Assembly (NCBI GenBank): GCA_040255465.1
Contig: JBDZVA010000002.1
Span: 487,017-551,016 of the forward strand
Reading direction: 5' to 3'
DNA: 64,000 nucleotides
DNA from: Planctomycetaceae bacterium
Lineage (GTDB): Bacteria > Planctomycetota > Phycisphaerae > Phycisphaerales > UBA5793
Shown: piece after piece, positions 25,918-34,860 of the stretch
Position numbering within the stretch: the first letter of the stretch is position 1
Layout: every line of letters starts with the position of its first letter
Notes under the pieces: model-generated
Databases searched by the model: none
What the model was told of the DNA's origin: nothing
Seen by the model: only the letters and a program-made list of their open reading frames with translations
Made by a program: the position numbers and the translations under genes

Positions 25918-28083
25918 GTGTTCTACACGTCACTGCGCCGACTGTGCCTGCTCGGCCTCATCGTCTGCTGTCTCGGCCTCGTCACCAACGTGGTCGCGCA
26001 GCCCACCGGACAGGAAACCAAGTCCAAAGAAGCAGAACTGCTCGAGGACTTTGTTCACTACGTTCTCGTCGCCAGACCCGAACTCGCCCATAGCGCTGCT
26101 CAGGCGCTCGTCGAATCGAGCATCAGCGATGCGGATCTGTACATGCTCGTTGACGACATGGGAATCGGAAAGCGCATTGATGACGCGCTCGTCCGGGCCG
26201 CCCGCATCGCGGAACTCGAAGAGATCGCCGGAATGCTGCAGAGTCGTTTGAACAAGGGCCGCATTGATATGGCCCGCGATCCTGAAGAGATTGCTCGCCA
26301 TATCCAGAATCTGGTTGGCACGCCGCGCGGCCGCTTGATGGCGGAAACCGCTCTCAAGTCCGCAGGCGAGTACGCTGTCCCGCAACTGCTCGATGTGCTC
26401 ACCGGCACGAACTCGGCGGAACTCAAGGCCCGCTGCACCCAGGTGCTGCTCAACATCGGTCGTCAGGCCGTCACGCCGCTGACCGTCGCGCTGCCTCACC
26501 TTGATCCGGTGAGCCAGGAGCGCATCTGCGACATTCTCGGCCAGATCAACTACTTCCATGCGGTGCCCTCGCTTCGCACATTGATGGAAGACAGCAGGAC
26601 GACCCCCGCCGTGCGGACCGCCGCGCGAGCCGCCGCCGATCGCCTCGGTGCGGTGATTGATGCCGAACCTGTACAGATGTGGGTTTCCCTGGCGGAACTG
26701 TATTGGGGCGAGTCCGAGAGTCTCATCGCCTGGCCGTCCGAAGCGACCAACAACATCTGGTACTACAAGAATGGCACAGGTCTCTACGCCGTTCCGGTGC
26801 CGACGCAGATCTTCTCTGAAGTCATGGCGATGCAATGTTCGGAGCAGGCCCTGAAGCAGTCGGCGAATTCGCTTGACGCCCTGAGCATGTGGATCGCCGC
26901 GAACTTCCGTCGCAGTGATGAACTCGGCGATGGTGTCGACCCGACCTACGGACCAAACCGTCGACCGCCGCTTTATTACGCAGTCGCGTCCGGCCCCGCC
27001 TCCGCGCAGGTGGTCCTCGAGCGGGCCAATCGTGATCTCAACGCCCGTCTGGCCCGTCACGCGATCGAGGCGTTGAGCGGCACGGCGGGCGGCTCGAGCT
27101 TGTGGCTCGGCAACAACCGTCCTTCTCCGCTCATTGAGTCGCTCGAATTCCCCGAACGCCGCGTCCAGTACGATGCCGCGCTCGCTCTGGGCCGGGCGCT
27201 TCCCATGGAGACCTTCGACGGCGCCGATCGCGTGGTGCCGATTCTGGCTGGCGCGATTCGAACGCGCGACGAGCGCTTTGCCGCCGTCATCGCCGAGAAT
27301 CAGGAAGACCAGCGCAGCCTCGCGTCCAACCTTCGTGATATGGGATTCACCGTCTTGCCGCCCCGCTCGACCTTCGCGGGCATGCAGGCTGATCTCGCCG
27401 CAGCGCCGGCCGTCGATCTCTTCGTGCTGATGATTTCGCCGGACCGTCTGCTCGACACCATCGCGTCGATCCAGGCCGATGAGCGCATCTCGGCGTCGCC
27501 GGTGGCGGCGCTCGTCGCCTCGCAGGATGTTCCCAAGGTTCGGAACCAGTTCGATAGCAATCGCCGAGTGGCGGTCATTCGCCTCGGTTTGCAGCAGGCG
27601 CAGATGGATGCAGCCCTGCAAGCGCTGATTGGCCGCACGACAGGTGAACTCATCACCAAGCAGGAAGCGGATGCGTATGCCGATGAGTCGCTGCACGTCC
27701 TTCGCGACATTGCGGTGCGGAACAGCGCGGCCTACGACATCAAGCGAGCGGAGACGGCGCTGGTGGAGGCCCTCTCGACGTATTCCGGGGAACTTCGACT
27801 GACCGCCGCCCAGACCCTGGCGTGGGTCAACGGTTCTCGGGCTCAGTCGGCTCTGCTGACTGCATCGCTCGGGGAAACCGACGAAGCGGTCCAGATCGCC
27901 ATGCTCGACTATGTCGCGCAATCCGCCCGGCGGTATGGGTCGTACGCCAGTGAGGCGCAGATCCGATCGCTTGTCAATCTCGTCAAGACCGCCCGAGGTC
28001 CGGTAGCCACCGCGGCTGCGCAGGCCCACGGCGCGCTCAATCTGCCGGCTTCCAATATGGTCCCGCTGATCATCTCCAACTGA
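25918..28083 (+). CDS. Large secreted HEAT-repeat protein
   Basis: GTG start with GGAGG RBS; signal peptide; HEAT-like repeats (AVPQLLDVL, AVTPLTVAL, AVPSLRTLM, VQYDAALALG). Confidence 0.8.
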   Translation: MFYTSLRRLCLLGLIVCCLGLVTNVVAQPTGQETKSKEAELLEDFVHYVLVARPELAHSAAQALVESSISDADLYMLVDDMGIGKRIDDALVRAARIAELEEIAGMLQSRLNKGRIDMARDPEEIARHIQNLVGTPRGRLMAETALKSAGEYAVPQLLDVLTGTNSAELKARCTQVLLNIGRQAVTPLTVALPHLDPVSQERICDILGQINYFHAVPSLRTLMEDSRTTPAVRTAARAAADRLGAVIDAEPVQMWVSLAELYWGESESLIAWPSEATNNIWYYKNGTGLYAVPVPTQIFSEVMAMQCSEQALKQSANSLDALSMWIAANFRRSDELGDGVDPTYGPNRRPPLYYAVASGPASAQVVLERANRDLNARLARHAIEALSGTAGGSSLWLGNNRPSPLIESLEFPERRVQYDAALALGRALPMETFDGADRVVPILAGAIRTRDERFAAVIAENQEDQRSLASNLRDMGFTVLPPRSTFAGMQADLAAAPAVDLFVLMISPDRLLDTIASIQADERISASPVAALVASQDVPKVRNQFDSNRRVAVIRLGLQQAQMDAALQALIGRTTGELITKQEADAYADESLHVLRDIAVRNSAAYDIKRAETALVEALSTYSGELRLTAAQTLAWVNGSRAQSALLTASLGETDEAVQIAMLDYVAQSARRYGSYASEAQIRSLVNLVKTARGPVATAAAQAHGALNLPASNMVPLIISN

Positions 28084-28122
28084 ATCGTCGGCTCGGACCG
28101 GTAACTGAGAATTGAACCCTTG

Positions 28123-28152
28123 AGCACGCAGGCCGCATGGCCTGCGTGCTTT
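28123..28152 (+). terminator. Stem-loop after the HEAT gene
   Basis: Perfect 12-bp stem AGCACGCAGGCC-GCAT-GGCCTGCGTGCT with a short T-tract. Confidence 0.6.
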
Positions 28153-28521
28153 CATATGGCCTGTTCCGGGTGAGCGGTGACGTCTCAATACACGTCTATG
28201 CGCACAGACGACAGAGTTCACCCCGGCTTGACGTCCAGCTCTGCAGTTGGTTTGCCGCCCGACCGATTGAAAACGATGATGTATCTCATGTCCACACTCC
28301 ATTCGTGCGTGAGGGGTACTCGCTCGCCTGGTATCGCGAGTGAGAATCCGTTGAGCGGCTCCGGCGCACGGTGTCTTGGTGGGGAAGACACCGGCTCCGG
28401 ACCTTGCCTTGTCGGGCGTCATGTGACTCCCGGGGCAGTTTCTTCATCTGTGTCCCGCGGCGTCGGTCCGTCAAGGCGGTTCACACGAGCAGGTTCGGAC
28501 CTTTTTGTGAAGGAGTCATCG

Positions 28522-28971
28522 ATGATTAAGGTGAGAAGTCGAACGAAGGGCTTTACGCTGGTTGAAATTCTGATCGTGGTCGTGATTCTCGGCATCCTCG
28601 CCGCGATCGTGATCCCGCAGTTTACCAATGCCAGCCAGGAAGCGTCTGCATCTTCGCTCTCGAGTCAGTTGCAGACGGTTCGCAGCCAGATCGAGCTGAT
28701 GCGCGTCAAGCACAACGGGTTCATGCCGGACTTCTCGGCTGAACAGTGGGTGCCCCTGACCGATCCCTCGACCTACAACGGCGCGTGGACCGAGGGCGCT
28801 TACCTCCAGTCCGATCCCATCAATCCGTTCACGGGCAATTCGCTCATCGTTGCCGGCAGCGATCCGCTGACGGAAGGTGATCCCGCGACGGATGGCTGGC
28901 TGTGGGATGACGCCAACGGCCGTATCTACGCCGTCGGCTTCGACGAGATCAACAAGCTCTACAACCGATAA
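28522..28971 (+). CDS. Major pilin/pseudopilin (GspG/PilA-like)
   Basis: KG|FTLVEILIVVVILGILAAIVIPQF; AAGGAG RBS; followed by its own terminator. Confidence 0.92.
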   Translation: MIKVRSRTKGFTLVEILIVVVILGILAAIVIPQFTNASQEASASSLSSQLQTVRSQIELMRVKHNGFMPDFSAEQWVPLTDPSTYNGAWTEGAYLQSDPINPFTGNSLIVAGSDPLTEGDPATDGWLWDDANGRIYAVGFDEINKLYNR

Positions 28972-28993
28972 TGTTGTCTGAGCAGATCCATTC

Positions 28994-29028
28994 AGAGGCG
29001 GCAGCGGAAACGCTGTCGCCTCTCTTTT
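28994..29028 (+). terminator. Rho-independent terminator after the first pilin
   Basis: AGAGGCGGCAGCG-GAAA-CGCTGTCGCCTCT followed by CTTTT. Confidence 0.85.
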
Positions 29029-29080
29029 GTTCGAGTGGTGGATTCGTCACGGAACACCGCGTGACGTGGAGCCCAACGCC

Positions 29081-29509
29081 ATGTGCATGAGTCATCGACC
29101 AACCTCTCGGGCCTTCACCCTCATTGAGATTCTCGTCGTTGTGGTGATTCTGGGGATCCTGGCGGCCGTCGTCATTCCGCAGTTCACCAACGCCAGAGTG
29201 GAAGCATCGACCTCAACTGTCAAAAGCCAATTGCAGACAGTGCGTGGCCAAATCGAGGTCTACAAGGCCCGTCACAGCGCGTTGCCGCCCTTTGGGACCA
29301 CTGGGACCGCCGCCGATTGGGATCCGCTTGTGAACCCGCCCGATGAAGTCATCTATCTGCAGGCCGCGCCCTATAACCCGTTCACAGGGTCTGCAGGAAT
29401 CGGCACCGTCGACTCAATTGACATCGGATGGGTGTGGGATGACGTCAATGGAGTGATGAGCGCACCGTATTTTGACGAAATCACCAATACGTACAACCCA
29501 CCGGGCTGA
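29081..29509 (+). CDS. Pilin/pseudopilin 2
   Basis: RA|FTLIEILVVVVILGILAAVVIPQF; paralog of the 28522 pilin. Confidence 0.9.
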   Translation: MCMSHRPTSRAFTLIEILVVVVILGILAAVVIPQFTNARVEASTSTVKSQLQTVRGQIEVYKARHSALPPFGTTGTAADWDPLVNPPDEVIYLQAAPYNPFTGSAGIGTVDSIDIGWVWDDVNGVMSAPYFDEITNTYNPPG

Positions 29510-29613
29510 GTCCTGGCGGGATCGACCATCGGGCCGGAAAACCCACAAGCATCGCTCTCGACATGCTGTGGAATCCCGATGGGCGGCGTGCGATGGAGTG
29601 GCCGATGCCCGGT

Positions 29614-30153
29614 ATGCGAATCCAGACTGGTCTTGAGCATCGTCGCGATCGACGCGCGTTTACGCTCGTCGAACTGGTGATCGTCGTGCTCATCATCGCG
29701 ATTCTCGCGGCCATTGTGGCGCCTCGATTCTCCGGTGCTTCGGATCTCGCAGGAAGTTCGGCACTGCTCCAGGACCTGCGGTACATTCGCCAACAGATTC
29801 AGGTCTACCGCGCGCAGCATTTCGGCGTGTCGCCCGGCTATCCCGGCGGCGATCCGAACGCGACGCCCTCCGAAGCCGACTTTGTCGCGCAGATGACCAA
29901 TCCGACTGCCTCCGACGGCTCCGTAGGAACCAGTTCGTCGCAGACGTTCCGCTTCGGACCGTACATGGCCGAGATGCCCATCAATCCGATCAACAGCTCA
30001 AGCGCCGTCATGGTGGTGCCCAACGGCTCGCCGCTGCCGCCACCGCCCACGGGTCCGTCGGTGTATGGTTGGCTCTACAAGCCGGAGACACTCGAATTCA
30101 GGCCATACGTTGCCGGTCAGGATGAGAATGGTCGTGCGTTCTTCGACTATTGA
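29614..30153 (+). CDS. Pilin/pseudopilin 3
   Basis: RA|FTLVELVIVVLIIAILAAIVAPRF; FGPY...MPINP. Start approximate. Confidence 0.9.
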   Translation: MRIQTGLEHRRDRRAFTLVELVIVVLIIAILAAIVAPRFSGASDLAGSSALLQDLRYIRQQIQVYRAQHFGVSPGYPGGDPNATPSEADFVAQMTNPTASDGSVGTSSSQTFRFGPYMAEMPINPINSSSAVMVVPNGSPLPPPPTGPSVYGWLYKPETLEFRPYVAGQDENGRAFFDY

Positions 30154-30811
30154 GTCCTCGCCTGCTCGGCTCAACTCCAGACGAGCCATCGCGTGGGGTG
30201 AAGCCCTCACGCTTCTCGCCCTGTCGTCGTTCATGGCGATCTCAGTGGTGGTGATCGGACCGCGGCTGCTTCGGGGCGCCTCCCTCGCTTCTTCATCGGA
30301 AACCCGACTGAGTGCCTCTCTGCTCGAGCAGGAAACGACGCTTCGCACCCTGCTGCGGAAGTCCTCGTCGATCCTCGCCATTCATTTCACCGAGCCGCAC
30401 GCCGCGCAGCTCGACACGCTCGTGCTCTGGGTGTCCGATGACCGGTACCCCGGTCGGGTCAATCTCTCCGAAGTGCTGGTCATTCGCTTCAGCCCGCTGC
30501 TGCGAAGCGTCATCGCGTACACCTGGTCGCCGGATGCGGAACTCGACTCGGAGGTGGCGGGCGCGGATCTGCGAGATCTGCATCGCCTCGAGGAACTGGC
30601 CGGAAGATCGGACGTTGTCCGCGCCGTGATCGCTCAACCGGTTCTGGCCTGCGAGGTTACCGGAATCTCAACGGCCCAACCGGTACGTCCGGACACATCT
30701 GACGGGCCGCTCGGGTTGATGCTTACCTGGTTTGACGAATCTACCGATAGTCGCGATGTGAGCACGATTCGGACGGAACTGCACCTGCTCGATCGGTCCA
30801 ACCGGTTCTGA
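30128..30811 (+). CDS. Hypothetical protein, possible degenerate minor pilin
   Basis: RRA|IAWGEALTLLAL resembles a class III leader with E5; sits between pilin genes. Start uncertain. Confidence 0.55.
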   Translation: MVVRSSTIESSPARLNSRRAIAWGEALTLLALSSFMAISVVVIGPRLLRGASLASSSETRLSASLLEQETTLRTLLRKSSSILAIHFTEPHAAQLDTLVLWVSDDRYPGRVNLSEVLVIRFSPLLRSVIAYTWSPDAELDSEVAGADLRDLHRLEELAGRSDVVRAVIAQPVLACEVTGISTAQPVRPDTSDGPLGLMLTWFDESTDSRDVSTIRTELHLLDRSNRF

Positions 30812-30864
30812 ACGGCGCCTCGAGGTCGGTTTCCCGTCCGCTTTCAATCCACAGGAGGGGCGTC

Positions 30865-31149
30865 ATGCGCCGAGCCAAGTATCTCAATGCTGTTCTAACC
30901 GTTAACGCGGCTGCTCTGTGTCTGTTGGTCGCCATGTTTGCGCTGGATCGAGGCACGCTGGCTCGCCCCGCGATGGCGAGCGAACAGCAGTTCGGCATCC
31001 CGGATGCCGCAAGTCAGCGGCTTGAGATGATCCGCGAGTTGCGCCGAATCTCGGCGAGCATGGAAACTCTGCGCAAGGACCTCGAGCAGCGCGAGTTCAA
31101 CGTCAAGGTGACGTCGATGCCGCCGGTGCGCGTTGAGAACGAGAAGTAG
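30865..31149 (+). CDS. Small membrane-anchored coiled-coil protein
   Basis: AGGAGG RBS, N-terminal hydrophobic helix, heptad-like C-terminal half. Confidence 0.75.
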   Translation: MRRAKYLNAVLTVNAAALCLLVAMFALDRGTLARPAMASEQQFGIPDAASQRLEMIRELRRISASMETLRKDLEQREFNVKVTSMPPVRVENEK

Positions 31150-31193
31150 TCCAATCGTCACGCCAGGGTGTTGGAGGTACGGAGCAGTTCCAC

Positions 31194-31748
31194 ATGGTCT
31201 CCTTTGCGATCAATCAGCGGTGCAGCCGAACTCGACGGGCGTTCACGCTCATCGAGATTCTCATCGTGGTAACTCTCATGGGGATTGCCGCAACCATGCT
31301 CATTCCCAACATGAGCCACGCGGTCAGCTTCGAAACTGAAGCAGTTGTCCGTCGAATCGTCGCGGACTTGTCATTTGCGCAATCTGACGCGATGGCGCAG
31401 CAGGCGCCGCGCCGCGTGCTGTTTGCGGACAACGGCAGCGGCTACCGCATCCTCGCCTCTCCATATGACCCCGACAATGACGTGCTCTACGACCCCATTT
31501 CAGATGGCGGATCGGATAAGTACATCGTGGATTTCGTCACGGACAGTCGCTTTCGAATGGTCTCCATCGCCGACGTGAACTTCGATGGAGGGAATCACTT
31601 CATCACGTACGACGCGATTGGCGGCCCGATCAACGGTGAGAACACCTCAAGCATCGGCGGCTCGCTCGTCGTCAACGGCAGCGATGGGAGTTACCGGATC
31701 AGCGTGAGCGGCTTTACGGGTCGAGTATCCGTCGAGAAGCTGGAGTAG
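31194..31748 (+). CDS. Minor pilin (GspH/FimT-like)
   Basis: RA|FTLIEILIVVTLMGI; DLSFAQSDAM; C-terminal ISVSGFTGRV. Confidence 0.85.
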   Translation: MVSFAINQRCSRTRRAFTLIEILIVVTLMGIAATMLIPNMSHAVSFETEAVVRRIVADLSFAQSDAMAQQAPRRVLFADNGSGYRILASPYDPDNDVLYDPISDGGSDKYIVDFVTDSRFRMVSIADVNFDGGNHFITYDAIGGPINGENTSSIGGSLVVNGSDGSYRISVSGFTGRVSVEKLE

Positions 31749-31788
31749 CGGTGGGCGGCAAGTGCAAACGTGAGAAGGAGCACCTCGG

Positions 31789-32964
31789 GTGAGATGGAAC
31801 ATCCTGAACAAGGCGGCATTGCCCATCGGTGTGGACATCGGCCACAGCGGCGTCAAGTTGATGCAACTTGATGACGACGGAAGCGCCCTGCGCGCCTCGG
31901 CGGCGGCACGCAAATCCTTCGGCCGACCCTTGCCCGAAGAGCCCGTGCAACGCAAACTCGAAATCGAGCGAACATTGCGCGCCGCGCTCGAAATGACGCA
32001 ATTCAAGGGCGACTCCTGCGTGCTCGCGCCGAGTCCTTCCGATCTGATGATCCGAGCCGTCCGCCTGCCGTCCATGACGGATGACGAGCGGCAGAAGGCG
32101 GTTCAATGGGAGGCCTCGGAGCGCTTTGGAGTGCCGATGGACGAACTCCAGGTCGAGTGGATCCGGGCCGGCGAAGTGTCTCAGGGCCACGATACGCGCG
32201 ATGAGGTGATCTTGGTCGCCGCACGCCGCTCCGTGCTGGACACCTATCTCGAAGCGGCAATCGGCGCCGGCTTGCGGCCGATGGCGGTGGATGCTTCGTT
32301 TCTTGCCTCGGCCCGCAACCTCACCCGACCGCTGCGTCGCCAGGAGGACCAGTCTGTTGTTCGAATGATTATCGACGTCGGGCTGAGTCTCACGACCGTC
32401 AGCATCACCCGCGGTCGGGAACTCGCTTTCATCAAGCCAATCGATATTGCCGGCAAGGAATTCAACAAAGCGGTCTCCGACCGACTGAGCTTGGATGATG
32501 ACGCCGCCCGGCAGTTGCGCATCGAGAGGATGTCGCAGGATGACGAGCAGGGCGGGAATGATCGCGTGAGTCGCGCTGCATTCGAGGCGATCCGTCCGCT
32601 GATGCACGAGTTGGCGCAGGAAGCCGCTCTCTGCCTGCGCTACTACAGCGTGACGTTCCGCGGGGCTCGACCGGACTTTGTGAGCATCATCGGCGGTGAC
32701 GCACGTGAGCCCAAGCTCGCCGCGGTTCTCGCCGAGCACCTGAAAGTCGACGCTCGCGTCGCCAGCCCACTCGACGGCATTGACGTTACCGCAGCCGAGA
32801 TGAGGCTGGATCGGCGTCACGCGTCGCTCACCGAATGGGGGGTCGCGGCGGGATTGAGCATGCGGCCGGCATCCATGTTTCAATCCTCGCTCGCGGGCCG
32901 AGCCCTCGCCATTGGCTCCAAGCGGAAGTCGACGGCGCCTGAACGAAAGCGAGGTGCGGCGTGA
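31789..32964 (+). CDS. pilM: Type IV pilus assembly protein PilM
   Basis: PIGVDIGHSGVKLMQL, IIDVG and IIGGDA actin-like motifs; precedes PilN/O-like genes. Confidence 0.88.
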   Translation: MRWNILNKAALPIGVDIGHSGVKLMQLDDDGSALRASAAARKSFGRPLPEEPVQRKLEIERTLRAALEMTQFKGDSCVLAPSPSDLMIRAVRLPSMTDDERQKAVQWEASERFGVPMDELQVEWIRAGEVSQGHDTRDEVILVAARRSVLDTYLEAAIGAGLRPMAVDASFLASARNLTRPLRRQEDQSVVRMIIDVGLSLTTVSITRGRELAFIKPIDIAGKEFNKAVSDRLSLDDDAARQLRIERMSQDDEQGGNDRVSRAAFEAIRPLMHELAQEAALCLRYYSVTFRGARPDFVSIIGGDAREPKLAAVLAEHLKVDARVASPLDGIDVTAAEMRLDRRHASLTEWGVAAGLSMRPASMFQSSLAGRALAIGSKRKSTAPERKRGAA

Positions 32965-33650
32965 ATCGCCAGATCAACCTCATGCCCGAATCGTATCGCG
33001 AACGGTTGGGAAACTCCCGCCTGCGTCAACAGCACACAAACTATGGGCTGATTGCAGCCGTCATCATTGGCGTCCTGGTCGTCCACTCTCGATTCGGCGT
33101 CGGTCGCATGAACGCGCTGGCGAAGGAACTCACCGGCAAGGTCGCGGAACTCGAAGCGGTTCGGGCCGAATCGCTCGATCTCAATCGCAAGGCCGATGTG
33201 CTTGCCAAAAACCTCGAGAGCTACTACCGCCTCGCACTGCCTATTGAAATCACGGATGTGCTGGGGCTCATCAGCCAGGAGATGCCCGAGGGACTGTACG
33301 TCACTGATTTCAACATGGGCGTGTCACAGCGCAGTGAGTCCATGTCGGCGATGGAGGAACTTCGCCAACGCGTGAATCGCTCCAAGAGCCGCAAGGTGGA
33401 TGATCGCCGTCAAGTGCGCTATCTCTCGATCGATCTGACCGGCCTCGGCATGGACGGCGTCAAGGTGGCCGACTTCATCGGCCGGCTCGAGTCTCAACCG
33501 GCCTTTGGTCGCGTCCAACTCGATTTCGATCGCACCAAGAGTGTCGGCGGCTTGACGGTCCGCGAGTTTCGCGTGCGTTTCGAGATCGATCTCGAGAATC
33601 GATTCGTGGCGGGCGCTGATCCATCGAAGGGAGAACCCAGCGATGAGTGA
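32961..33650 (+). CDS. pilN: PilN-like protein
   Basis: N-terminal INLMP motif, TM helix, coiled coil, MPEGLYVTDF. Confidence 0.85.
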   Translation: MNRQINLMPESYRERLGNSRLRQQHTNYGLIAAVIIGVLVVHSRFGVGRMNALAKELTGKVAELEAVRAESLDLNRKADVLAKNLESYYRLALPIEITDVLGLISQEMPEGLYVTDFNMGVSQRSESMSAMEELRQRVNRSKSRKVDDRRQVRYLSIDLTGLGMDGVKVADFIGRLESQPAFGRVQLDFDRTKSVGGLTVREFRVRFEIDLENRFVAGADPSKGEPSDE

Positions 33651-34203
33651 ACTCATGGGTCGGATCAAGTACAGCGCCATTCTCATCGGAGTCAGTGGAG
33701 CGGCCTATTTCGCGCTCGTGCGACCCGCTTACCAGACGAGAGCCGCCGTCCTCGCGGACATCCAGGCGCTGAACAACAGAGTCGCGCAGGCGCAGGAAGA
33801 CTTTGACGCGCGGGATCGCGCCCGCCGGCGCCTGGCGGACCTGCAGTCCCGGCTGGCGGCGGAGACGAAGCCCATTCCCGACTCGGGAGACGTTGCGGGG
33901 GTAATCAGCGGCATCTCGTCTGACATTCGTGAACTTGAGCTGAGCGGGGCCAAACTCAACCGCGGCAAGGATTCCGCTGTCGGATCTACGGCCAGCAGTG
34001 GGTTGTTGATCGAGACCACCGGGCAATTCGATGTGATCGTGGAGCTGCTCCGCCGCATTGAGCGGCTGCCGCGGCTGGTTCGCATCAGTTCGCTTGTCGC
34101 TCAGAATGTGAATCGCGAGACGGGTGAAGTCAAGGCGACCATCGGGCTGGACGCCTACTACCGCATTGCGGGAGAGACGGCGTCAGTGCCGACCAAGCCG
34201 TGA
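33643..34203 (+). CDS. pilO: PilO-like protein
   Basis: TM helix, coiled coil, and GQFDVIVELLRRIERLPRLVRI. Confidence 0.85.
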   Translation: MSELMGRIKYSAILIGVSGAAYFALVRPAYQTRAAVLADIQALNNRVAQAQEDFDARDRARRRLADLQSRLAAETKPIPDSGDVAGVISGISSDIRELELSGAKLNRGKDSAVGSTASSGLLIETTGQFDVIVELLRRIERLPRLVRISSLVAQNVNRETGEVKATIGLDAYYRIAGETASVPTKP

Positions 34204-34217
34204 GGAGGAGGCCGAGA

Positions 34218-34817
34218 GTGAACGAAGATTTGCAACGTCTTTGGATTCGCATGACTTCGGATCGTCGCAAGTTCAGCATCATGTGCGGGCTGGCGGTCGT
34301 CGGATTGCTGCTTTGGGCCCGGCTGTTGCTGCTCAATGATGTGCCTCGCACCGGACTCGCTGACCCGATTGGCTCGGCGTCGACTGCGACGACTCCGACG
34401 TCCGAAACGAACGAAGCAAAGAAGCAGGATCGACCTTCGATCGAGTCGGCGCCCGTGGTTTATCTGGACGCCTCCACCAGGCTGGCGCGCAATTTTTTCA
34501 AAGTGCCGGAGGCAATGTTTCCCCAGACGGAACAGGCCGCACCGGTTCACGACACTGCCCCCAAGTCACAAACGGATACGCCCGAAGATTCTGTGGAAGC
34601 GGAGCGTCAACGCGTTGGCGCCATTGAGGCCGAGGCGGCCAAGCTCCGCCTCGGAAGCCTGATCCTCGGAGCCGCACCGGCAGCGGTCATCAACGGCCGG
34701 GTCGTGCGCGAGGGCGGGCACATTGACGGATTCAGGCTTGAGCGTGTGCTCAAGCGGAGTGTGATCCTGCTGAAGGATCAAGTGCGGGTGGAACTGAAGA
34801 TGGACACTCCGGGATAA
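34218..34817 (+). CDS. PilP/GspC-like alignment protein
   Basis: TM anchor, linker, and C-terminal AAVINGRVVREGGHIDGFRLERV; positioned between pilO and the secretin. Confidence 0.65.
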   Translation: MNEDLQRLWIRMTSDRRKFSIMCGLAVVGLLLWARLLLLNDVPRTGLADPIGSASTATTPTSETNEAKKQDRPSIESAPVVYLDASTRLARNFFKVPEAMFPQTEQAAPVHDTAPKSQTDTPEDSVEAERQRVGAIEAEAAKLRLGSLILGAAPAAVINGRVVREGGHIDGFRLERVLKRSVILLKDQVRVELKMDTPG

Positions 34818-34860
34818 CGCGGTGCCAAAGCGCACCGACCTGGGGAGGGAGAAAGCAATC

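Noticed and set aside
25930..28422. 830-aa minus-strand ORF
   Set aside because: Antisense to the HEAT-repeat gene, which has a promoter, RBS and signal peptide.
28150..28520. c-di-GMP riboswitch upstream of the major pilin
   Set aside because: Some hairpins are present, but I could not identify the conserved class I or class II motifs by eye; needs an Infernal scan.
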